Shown here: piece by piece, positions 1 through 9,795 of the stretch
How the letters are laid out: every line of letters begins with the position of its first letter
Position numbering within the stretch: the first letter of the stretch is position 1
NCBI RefSeq assembly: GCF_001194135.2
Contig: NC_068984.1
Location: forward strand, 133,965,466-134,006,106
DNA: 40,641 nucleotides
Reading direction: 5' to 3'
Source of the DNA: Octopus bimaculoides
Taxonomy: Eukaryota
The notes under the pieces: generated by a model
What the model was told of the DNA's origin: nothing
Database searches by the model: none
The model's input: only the letters and a program-made list of their open reading frames with translations
Made by a program: the position numbers and the translations under genes

Positions 1-103
1 GTATGTGTATGTATATGTTTGTGTGTCTGTGTTTGTCTCCCCGACATCGTTTGACAACCGATGCTGGTGTGTTTACATCCCCGTAACTTAGCAGTTCGGC
101 AAA
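1..103 (+). mobile_element. SINE family A, 3' half fragment
   Basis: Matches the tgtttgtcccc...ttgacaaccgatgctggtgtgtttac...cttagcggttcggcaaaa body seen in many copies in the window. Confidence 0.85.
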
Positions 104-150
104 ATCCCTGTTCACGGCGCAAACGGGGGATATATATGTATGTATGTATG

Positions 151-201
<51 letters not shown>

Positions 202-439
202 TCATAAATGAATGAATTAAACGGGCTGCTGTATATATATCAACACAAATGTCACACCTAACTTTCAGATAGATTTTTTTCCCCGTTGTTTAGTTCGTAG
301 GTAAAAAGGATTCACCATAGCTGTTGTTTAGCCTTCTACCCCTCAACATCTATTACCAATTGCGCTGTATTTGCAGAATAATGATAAAATACTTGTCCTG
401 TACTGGAGTCGTTCTATTATCGTCTGTTCTTCTCCAACA

Positions 440-1300
440 AATTTCAAGAATTTCCACTCAACAAGAATTCATACCTATTTTCGATGGATACAAGATCACA
501 GTGAGTGGGAGGTGGAGCTGCTATGTTATTTCGGAATGGTCTGGGTCTCTCGATAAAATCAAGTTGATGGTCCTGCATGTGAACAGGATCGAAAGGGGCG
601 CATTCAGATTCAGGGACGGGACAGTCGGATTTTCCCAGGTGTCTGTAAAATTTCCTGAGTACGTCCCGTTCTTTACTGCGAGTGGACCAGAGAAACGCTA
701 TCTTAGATGCACATTTGGATTGACTGGGGCTAGCTGATAGAGTGCAAAAGCCTCACAAACCTACTCAGGTTTTTCCAGCTGTCTGTCAGGTAGAAACTGG
801 ATTTCCCGAACATGTCTATGTGGGCATGGAAAACCACACCGGGTCATTCTAGGTCGTATCTAGATCGAGTATTCTGTAGCCCAATCGATAAGAATATTAT
901 AGCTTGTTTGCATTTTAAAATCGTCAGTTATACACATCGCAAATTTGTGATTTGTATGATCGTCCTAAATAGGCTTCCTAGACAGGAAGCTGAATGTGCA
1001 GCTCTCGGTGCGCCAAGTTTGCAGAAACTGGATTAGTAAATTAGTTAATCGGGCATTGACGGAGGAAATCGTCCACAAAAAATCGAGGTTCGTCCTGTAA
1101 AGGTCGATCAGAGTAGAATTGATAGGGTTTAGTAAGGCTGTAATGATAGAGAAAACTAAAATAAAGACTTAGAAACTAGACACTTAGGAAGGGCACCACA
1201 GCTGGCTTTGTCAGAGCTAAAGCAATTGGGGACTTTTTTCGAGTTTCACTTGAAAAGGAAAGCGTTGGTGAGAGGGAAGAGTTGCATTTCAGCAAATCTG
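440..1300 (+). mobile_element. Decayed L1/Tx1-like non-LTR retrotransposon, APE endonuclease remnant
   Basis: Frameshifted motifs in order: GGAAMLFRNG; LLRVDQRNAILDAHLD (GDxN-like); LDFPNMSMWAWKTTPGHSRSYLDRVFC...VSYTHRKFV (TW...SRLDR...SDH-like). Confidence 0.75.
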
Positions 1301-1945
1301 TTTCTTTGCCTTCATTTGATTTTTTAAAGAATGTATGTATGTATGTATGTATGTATGTATGTANNNNNNNNNNGATGATAATAGTGATGATGATAATTAT
1401 TAAAGGATCTATGAATAGATTAATTAGATTATGTGTATATATATATATATATATATATACATATATGTATATATATACATATATATAAGACTCTTATCTC
1501 ACACGGGTCGCTGACCTTTGATATCATATTACACACTTTCAAGAACTATATTCTTAACCTCAAAGGCCAACTTTGTTGGTCATTCTCCCATTTCATAGTT
1601 GGCCTCGACAGACTTCTGCTGTCACATCCCTGCTACATTCTTGGGATATCCTTTTTTTTTTTTGTAAAATTACTTCTCATTCGATCATTACGGTCTTTTG
1701 TAATGGAGTAATGTTCTCATTCTTCTATGAAAAAGTTACGTAAGAAACAGATGTAATGAACTGACAATTATCTATTGTATGTTATTATTCATTTGATAAT
1801 GTACTAAACATGTATACATGCGTGTGTATATATGTATTTATATATATATTTATATATCAATGCATGTGTGTATGTGTATGTGTGCGCATGTGTGCATACG
1901 TGAGTGTATATATGCGTGCATAAAAATGTGTCCGTTTCTACTTAC

Positions 1946-2001
1946 TCATTAAGAACCCCCGTTTCAGGTTGCGTCGGTCCGTTGGCATTTGTTCTTTCCA
2001 T
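1946..2001 (-). CDS. Candidate first coding exon of an unidentified neighbouring gene: MERTNANGPTQPETGVLN(D/E)
   Basis: ATG in good context (ccaacgATGG), 56 nt open, perfect donor GA|gtaagt at 1945-1940, locally CpG-rich non-repeat sequence. Confidence 0.5.
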
Positions 2002-2170
2002 CGTTGGTGCTGTTAGGATTTACTCATTCATACACATACATATACCGATAGATATACACGAACGATCGCGGTAAAACTCTGCAACAAGACATACAGTGAG
2101 CAACTGAACGTTTTGGAAAAACCTTTATTTGTTTTGTTACATTTTGCAAGCGATACGCTAAAGAATTGCA
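2002..2170 (-). promoter_or_regulatory. Putative 5' UTR and core promoter of that gene
   Basis: CpG-rich relative to the window; TCAGTT initiator-like hexamer on the minus strand at 2107-2102. Confidence 0.3.
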
Positions 2171-2203
2171 AATGAGATAAGTGAATCTATTAAAAATAAA
2201 GTC

Positions 2204-2255
<52 letters not shown>

Positions 2256-2844
2256 TTTATGAGGATAACATGAATCACGTGACGATGATGATAATAGTGA
2301 TGATGATAATTATTAAAGGATCTATGAATAGATTAAATAGATTATGTGTATATATATGTGTATATATATANNNNNNNNNNNNNNNNNNNNNNNNNNNNNN
2401 NNNNNNNNNNNNNNNNNNNNNNNNNNNNNNNNNNNNNNNNNNNNNNNNNNNNNNNNNNNNNNNNNNNNNNNNNNNNNNNNNNNNNNNNNNNNNNNNNNNN
2501 NNNNNNNNNNNNNNNNNNNNNNNNNNNNNNNNNNNNNNNNNNNNNNNNNNNNNNNNNNNNNNNNNNNNNNNNNNNNNNNNNNNNNNNNNNNNNNNNNNNN
2601 NNNNNNNNNNNNCGAAATAGAAAGAAATAAGGCTGTGTGAGAAAAGAAGAAAGTGTTATCAAAGGGACAACATGCATTGCTATCTGAAAGAACGTGGGTG
2701 ACGCAGGAGAAAGATAGTTACAAGGTAGTTGATTTGTCCCAGTAAGATAGATTACAATTTAACACAACTTGCTTAGACGTAGTGGTGGTTAGGATAGGAT
2801 TCATTAGACTGTTTGGAAAAGAAACGAATCCTAACATCGGGCTA

Positions 2845-2916
2845 CAAGTAGCCTTAGATGCCAAGAACCCTCCTGTTGGGTTACAGCAAGTAACCTTAGA
2901 TGCCAAGAACCCTCCT
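2845..2916. repeat. 30-bp direct repeat, period 42
   Basis: caagta(g/a)ccttagatgccaagaaccctcct at 2845-2874 and 2887-2916. Confidence 0.9.
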
Positions 2917-3266
2917 AAGTAACCTAGCTGTCCCTAATAACACTGTTTTCTGCAGCTGTACTAAACTGGGTTTTATGCCTATTTCCTCCTATCCCCCTGT
3001 TCAGATTTTTAGGGATAGTTCCTAATGCACCTATAGCTACTGGGATACATTTTATCTGCACTTTTCGTTGTCTCTATAATTCAATAGCTAGATCGGTTCT
3101 TGTGTAGTAGTTCCTTTTCACTTTTATCAAAAATGAGTTTTATCTTATGATTGATAAGAACTAACTTTAGACACTGCCCTCTCTCTCTCTATCTCTATCT
3201 CTCTCTTTCTCTCTCTCTTCTTCTTCTTCTTCCTCTCTCTCTCTCACACACCCATGCATCTAGAGA

Positions 3267-3298
<32 letters not shown>

Positions 3299-3687
3299 TT
3301 TGCTTTTGCATTTGGTTTACAAGATTATGTGAATTCTTGCGTTGAAGCATATCTTATTGTCTGTATGTGTGTGTATTTGTGTGTGTACCTCTGTCTCCTT
3401 GTGTGTGCATGTTTGAGTGTGTCTATGTGTATGGGTTTGTGTGATTATGTATGTGCGTCTGTTATGTATGGATGTGTGTCTCCATATGTGTCCTTGAGTG
3501 TGTATATGAAGTGTGGGTTTGTGTATATGGTCGTGTGTTTCAGTCTTCATTTATGCATGTATGTGTGTATGTGTGTGCGCTTGTCTGTCCGTATTACCTA
3601 CCTACACACACACACGTCTACATAACAGTCTAACAACAACTCTACCTGTGTATATATAAACTGTGAGTATTGGGGTATGACTGCCTT

Positions 3688-3895
3688 CTACATATATTTC
3701 CTGTTTAGTACTGGGGATGTTTCATTTATGAGGAGGTACTCTTGTATTTGTCTGAATGTTGGGTCCTTCGGGTGCTTGGATAAAATGCAGATGTCAAGTT
3801 GGCCCAGTGTGCCTCCATGTTGGTCTTTGGCATGTTGGTAGAGTATGGAGGACTGTGTTTTGTCGTCATATTGTCTCAAATGCTTATTTAGTCTC
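3688..3895 (-). mobile_element. Penelope-like element (PLE) ORF 3' end, GIY-YIG endonuclease C-terminal half
   Basis: RLNKHLRQYDDKTQSSILYQHAKDQHGGTLGQLDICILSKHPKDPTFRQIQEYLLINETSPVLNRKYM-stop fits the R..xH...S...H....H...IL......R.I.E..I....P.LN pattern of PLE endonucleases; cut at ~3895 by a DNA-element end. Confidence 0.72.
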
Positions 3896-4010
3896 TACAC
3901 CATCTGAAGCGTGTTTGAAGAGAATTTCATTAAAACATATCCATTTTTCGGGAAGTTATAAGGAAACAAAATCGGTGGGGGTGGGAGCACACTTGTGTAG
4001 GTATGCCTAT
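3893..4010 (+). mobile_element. Orphan right end of the same DNA-element family as 4533-5190
   Basis: tctacaccatctgaagcg...ggaaacaaa...cacttgtgtaggtatgcctat parallels ~5085-5190. Confidence 0.65.
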
Positions 4011-4235
4011 TGCTTTAACAACGGTAAATATACTGTTAACAATTTTATTTTCAAAATAAGTAATAATAAGATAACATTGCTATTAAATATCTACATATCA
4101 GTTTGCTTCGCTTTATTTTCATTTTGCAAGTAACAATATTTTGATTATATAACTGCATGTTATATATAAACAAACAATACACTTCATTCATTCGGTTTGT
4201 ATCTAAAGGCCGACAATAATGTGAATGAGATAAAA

Positions 4236-4332
4236 GGCGGCGAGCTGGCAGAAACGTTAGCGTGCCAGGCAAAATGCTTAGCGGCATTTCGTCTGTCTTT
4301 ACGTTCTGAGTTCAAATTCCGCCGAGGTCGAC
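4236..4332 (+). mobile_element. SINE family B head (tRNA-like)
   Basis: ggcggcgagctggcagaaacgttag...gttctgagttcaaattccgccgaggtcgac. Confidence 0.85.
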
Positions 4333-4373
4333 CGTGGTCGCTTATTACTGTTCTTATTTTATCCTGTGTCCAT

Positions 4374-4419
4374 TGTTCGGAAATCTTTCGTCACACATCT
4401 GTGACCTCTTCAGTGACCC
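4374..4419 (-). ncRNA. Minimal type I hammerhead-like motif, partly decayed
   Basis: gggtca CTGAAGA g gtcaca-gatg-tgtgac GAAA gat TTC cgaaca: intact boxes and a perfect 6-bp stem II; stem I pairs poorly. Confidence 0.55.
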
Positions 4420-4532
4420 TTTCTGTCCACGTGTGTCCTCCTGCTCCGCTTAAAATGTAACAATATATGTTTCAACATAACAGTTTCACATCAGGAATCT
4501 TTCAACATAAATTCATCAACGTATATATATAT

Positions 4533-5190
4533 TCGACATATCTACACGAGTGTGCCCCCCCACCACTCTCGATTTTACTTTCTCATAACTTTCAGAAAAA
4601 TATATATTATTAAATGTAATTTTTTACAAATACACTTCAGGTAGTGTAGATTCTGATTATATAGGAATTTACAGTGAAAATTTTTTTTGAGGGAGTTTCA
4701 GTAAATTCATATGAGTCGGCTTTGTTTCCTCATAACTTTCAGAAAAATGGGTATTTCAAAATGAAATTTTCAGCAAACATCTTTCAGATGGTGTACATTA
4801 CGATTATATCGGAATTTTATATGAAAAAAAAAAAAAACCATCAAAAATTGCGTGCACGCACACTTACTTCCGAAATTTCTAGTTTCATTTTGTAGATATA
4901 CATATGATGTGTGCCAGTATCTATGTGCCTGTGCCTACCATTTTTTTTTTTACATTGAATTCTAATATAATCGTAATCTATACACTCTGAAAGTTATGAA
5001 GAAACAAATCTGCCTCCTGTGAATTTTTTGAAACTCATCTCCCTGGAAAAAAATTTTGACAGCAAAATCCAATATAATCAGAATCTACATCATCTGAAGC
5101 GAATGTGTAGAAGATTTCACTTAAAATTATTAATTTTTCTCAAAGTCATGTGGAAACAAATTTGGTGGTGTACACTTGTGTAGGTATGCC
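4533..5190. mobile_element. Non-autonomous foldback-like DNA element with modular internal repeats
   Basis: Imperfect terminal inverted repeats (catatctacacgagtgt / acacttgtgtaggtatg); two direct modules ctcataactttcagaaaaat...cag(a/g)t(a/g)gtgta...gattatat...ggaattt (~4585-4670, ~4728-4820) and an inverted copy (~5063-5160). Confidence 0.65.
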
Positions 5191-6222
5191 TATATACAGA
5201 ATCCACCAAAAAATGTATACACACTTTAGGAAAGGAAAAATCTGTAAATATTTAACTCGAATAAGTACCTCTATAAGTATAGATACCTCTTTCAATGAAT
5301 AAATTGCAAAAAAATATACATACAGATTTTTCCTTTCTTGAAGAGTGTACATTTTTTTGGTGGACTCTGTATTCATCCTTATTCTTCAGTTCAGTATAGT
5401 CAATAAATAAATTGTGATACGAACCTTTGTGCTTGAAGTCAAAATGTAGAATTTCTGTTGTAAACATGTTAGATTTGACATAGCCTTTGCTTTTGTGTGT
5501 ATTTGACATTTATACTTACATTAACATATTCCTTGGTATGACCTAAAACTGCACCTGGAAGTGGGGCTCTGTTTCAGAGTTCAAGGGTTTTGAGGAGTGC
5601 AAAATGAACTCTTATCCATATTGTTCCCAGGTTTATTCTGACCCAGAGTAGTAGCAGCTGTTAGGGTCCCAGCAATGGGTTAATTAGCATGTTACGGAAG
5701 AAACTTCAAGCACAAATCCTCACTGCCTAGGGGAGTCAACCTTAACAGCAAATGAAGGAATGGAGTACCTCAGATGGTCTGGTACCTTTTCTGACAACCT
5801 TCCAGGGTAGGTGGAGCTCTCCAGCCCTGTAAATCAATTCATTTGAGAAAAAGCCACACCAATGTAAAATCTATGACTTACCGGTCATTGCAACTGTCCT
5901 GGCTCAGATCTTGTGGTCAGATCTTCAAGTTTAAAGAGTGGGATCTGGTAGTGCGAACTGACTCTCACTGGAAACTTTGAAGCACAGACAGGAAGAAAAG
6001 CCCTGACGTATCAAGGATCAGTTTAGGGAGTCACTCAAGGGCTGCCTCTCTTTCTCGTGATCTTCAGACACAAGAAAACTGCGATTAACTTATTCTATAC
6101 GAGTTCAGGATTGACAATATTCAGAGCTACTGAATCCTGTATTAAAGGGGAGTGGTCATTTGCAAAGTTAATGAATGTATTAATGTGATCAGAATGTAGT
6201 GTTGAATGTAATTAATCATATG

Positions 6223-6382
6223 TGCAGGAGTGGCTGTGTGGTAAGTAGCTTGCTTACCAACCACATGGTTCCGGGTTCAGTCCCACTGTGTGGCACCTTC
6301 GGCAAGTGTCTTCTACTATAACCTCGGGCTGACCAAAGCCTTGTGAGTGGATTTGGTAGATGGAAACTGAAAGAAGCCCGTC

Positions 6383-6430
<48 letters not shown>

Positions 6431-6592
6431 TTGACCCTCCACCATCGCTTGATAACCGATGCTGGTGTGTTTATGTCCCCGTAACTTAGCGGTTTGGCAA
6501 AAAGAGACTGATAGAATAAGTACTAGGCTTACAAAGAATAGCGTGGCCACAGACAAATGACTGAAATAAGTAAAAGAGTAAAAGAGAGAGAG
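6223..6592 (+). mobile_element. SINE family A (tRNA-like head, central (TA)/(TG)n, 3' body) with an internal deletion
   Basis: Head tggctgtgtggtaag...ggttccgggttcagtccc (A/B-box-like); near-identical to the reverse copies at 13191-13630 and 14611-15035. Confidence 0.9.
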
Positions 6593-6955
6593 TATATGAC
6601 ATGAGAGATGCCAATGGATAATGCAGTTGGAGATGGGGAAAAGCTGCGGTTGCTTTTGATTAAAATGGTGCTGAGACAGGCTTTGTACCATCACCTCATC
6701 AACGCCATTGTTTTTATACACACACACACACATAAAAATATTGAACAATACAGTTATAGTGACTCATATACAAAACTTTAAGTTTCTGTGTATGTAGGTG
6801 TGTTTTTTTTCATTGAGTAATCAATACTGTATTAGTCCATGGTGAAGGACAAACGCTCGAAATGTTAAGGCTCTCTCCCTTCTTTTAAGCATTAAAACTT
6901 ATCCATCCTATGCTATAATTTTCCTTTTTGTTCATTATATTTACAATGTATGGGT

Positions 6956-6989
<34 letters not shown>

Positions 6990-6997
<8 letters not shown>

Positions 6998-7200
6998 GTG
7001 TTTGTCCTCCACCACCACCACTTGACAACTGGAGTTGATGTGCTCCCATAACCAAGCAACGCAGCAAAAGTGACGGATAGAAAAAGTGTCAGTTTGAAAA
7101 AAAAAAAAAAAATGAAAGTACTGGGGTCAGTTCAGTCACCTAAAGGTGGTGTCCCAGCATGACCATAGTCTAGTGACTGAAACAAATAAAAGATAAAAAA
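6990..7200 (+). mobile_element. SINE family A, old 3' half
   Basis: Diverged cacttgacaactgg...ggggtca...ccagcatgacc...tgactgaaacaaataaaaga. Confidence 0.7.
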
Positions 7201-8054
7201 TACAGGAAAATTCTACAGTGAAATGACCAAACACTAAGAAAAGACAACAACAAATTGAAATATTTAATATTTGTTCTTCTTTTAATAATCGAGAGAGTTT
7301 AAATATAATTTTAAAGGGTACAAAGCATGGATTGAATTAAAATATTACTCCGCAATATTTTCTTTTTTCTTTTCTTTTAACATAGACAGGTCATGATTGT
7401 TTGGCTACAATAATGTTTACAATTACACAATTAAATGATTACATACATACATACACACACACATATATATATACACATATACATATACACACATATATAT
7501 GCATATATATACACACACACACATATATAAACATATATATATACATGCATATATATACATATACACATATATATATGTACATATATATATATATATATAT
7601 ATATNNNNNNNNNNNNNNNNNNNNNNNNNNNNNNNNNNNNNNNNNNNNNNNNNNNNNNNNNNNNNNNNNNNNNNNNNNNNNNNNNNNNNNNNNNNNNNNN
7701 NNNNNNNNNNNNNNNNNNNNNNNNNNNNNNNNNNNNNNNNNNNNNNNNNNNNNNNNNNNNNNNNNNNNNNNNNNNNNNNNNNNNNNNNNNNNNNNNNNNN
7801 NNNNNNNNNNNNNNNNNNNNNNNNNNNNNNNNNNNNNNNNNNNNNNNNNNNNNNNNNNNNNNNNNNNNNNNNNNNNNNNNNNNNNNNNNNNNNNNNNNNN
7901 NNNNNNNNNNNNNNNNNNNNNNNNNNNNNNNNNNNNNNNNNNNNNNNNNNNNNNNNNNNNNNNNNNNNNNNNNNNNNNNNNNNNNNNNNNNNNNNNNNNN
8001 NNNNNNNNNNNNNNNNNNNNNNNNNNNNNNNNNNNNNNNNNNNNNNNNNNNNNN

Positions 8055-8094
<40 letters not shown>

Positions 8095-8105
8095 TGACAC
8101 ACACA

Positions 8106-8545
8106 TGCAGGACATGGTTGTGTAGTTTTCCTAGCATATCGTGTTGTTACTGTTGTTACACATTTAGCGGTACTGCACTGTACCTTGGGCAAACATCTTC
8201 TATTACAGCTCTGCAGTGACTGAAGCCTTAAGAACTAATCTGGCAGACGGAAACTTAAAGAAGCCTGCCATGAACATGTATGTAAGTGTGGAAGTGCATA
8301 CATGCATGTATACATTTTTCTGTGTATTTTTCTACATTTGTGCTTCTCCCAAAATTACTGAGCAACAGACAGTGGAGTCGTCATTTCCTCTGTCAACAAC
8401 TTTGCCATTTCGAAGATGTTTGACTCCCTTACTTGGGAAACAGGTAAGGGTCGTGACAAGGAGAGCATCCAACTGTAGTAAAACAGCATCTCAATAATCT
8501 ATTCATAGAAGCCAATCTAGCATGGGAAAATGAATGTAAAACAAA
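8106..8545 (+). mobile_element. Old SINE A-like head followed by an RTE-tail fragment
   Basis: gcaggacatggttgtgtag...ccttgggcaa...gacggaaacttaaagaagcc, then ggagagcatccaactgtag...agcatgggaaaatgaatgtaaaac. Confidence 0.55.
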
Positions 8546-8681
8546 GAATAAACACACAAAATTGTACATGCACTCACACGTGTGTGTGTATATGTATCTG
8601 TGTGTGTGTATGTATATATNNNNNNNNNNNNNNNNNNNNNNNNNNNNNNNNNNNNNNNNNNNNNNNNNNNNNNNNNNNNNN

Positions 8682-8717
<36 letters not shown>

Positions 8718-9155
8718 TGTTTTTGAGTTATAATAAAAACCTTTTTAACACTAAATCAAAAGAATTACTCAATACCTTTAGTAGAAAACAAATTTATTTT
8801 TCTTTAACAAGAATAATATTGATAGAGTGATTTTGAAGTTTTGGCCAGGTAAGCCATCACTGGACTGTAATTCATTTAAGTTTGGCTTTATACAATCTCT
8901 GTTAAATTAAAACTTTACCTGAGTTCTGTTGAATGGTAACTATTCTGTATGGTAGGTAGTGGTGGCAAGATGGTATGGAGAAATTTTATTGATTAAATTT
9001 GAGGAAGTGCTAATTGTTAGAATTTATTCATGCATGGAGAGTTTTGTAATTACATTTTCACTTTGTGTGTAATATGTATTCACAAAAGAATCTAATTAGG
9101 TTGTTTGGACAGTATATTTGAAACTTGATTTGGTTGTTGTTGGTTTCATTTAGAT

Positions 9156-9795
9156 CAGTGTTTTTTACCTATGGATCCCTTTGATTCCTATTTTACTTGA
9201 GTGGACCTTTCTAGCCATTTCTAGCTTAAAAAAACCCTATTATATTTTTTATTATTAAACGTTATTAGGAATTGTATTTAAAAAATGGTTAAAATATTTT
9301 GTGTATTGTAGAAGAATAACCGATTTATTGCAGATAAATTTTAACTACAAAGTCTTATATGGACCCCCCCAAGGGCCATGTGGACTCTGGTTGAGAACCA
9401 CTGTTGTTGTTGGCACTCCGTCGCTTACGACGTACGAGGGTTCCAGTTGATCCGATCAACGGAACAGCCTGCTCGTGAAATTAACGTGCAAGTGGCTGAG
9501 CACTCCACAGACATGTGTACCCTTAACGTAGTTCTTGGGGATATTCAGTGTGACACAGTGTGACAAAGCTGACCTTTTGAATTACAGGTACAACAGAAAC
9601 AGAAAGTAAGAGTGAGAGAAAGTTGTGGTGAAAGAATACAGCAGGGTTCGCCACCATCCCCTGCCAGAGCCTCGTGGAGCTGTAGGTGTTTTCGCTCAAT
9701 AAACACTCACAATGCCCAGTCTGGGAATCGAAACTGCGATCCTATGACCACGAGTCCGCTGCCCTAACCACTGGGGCATTGCGCCTCCACCACTG
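9156..9795. mobile_element. hAT-type MITE (9156-9403) with 8-bp TSD atttagat, split at its right tip by SINE C
   Basis: Termini cagtgttttttacc / ggttgagaaccactg; atttagat at 9148-9155 and 9796-9803. Confidence 0.85.
9404..9789 (-). mobile_element. SINE family C (tRNA-like head), full length
   Basis: Minus-strand head tggaggcgcaatgccccagtggttagggcagcggactc...gtttcgattccc; body nearly identical to 40370-40641. Confidence 0.92.

Noticed and set aside
3151-3633. ORFs rich in CV/HT/YI dipeptides here and throughout the window
   Set aside because: They are translations of (TG)n, (CA)n and (TA)n microsatellites.
5700-6150. GC-richer stretch, possibly a LINE 3' region
   Set aside because: No convincing motif in any frame.
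2270-8733. Long X-containing ORFs (2270-2677, 7401-8219, 8530-8830)
   Set aside because: They run through N-gaps and (TA)n tracts and are not coding.
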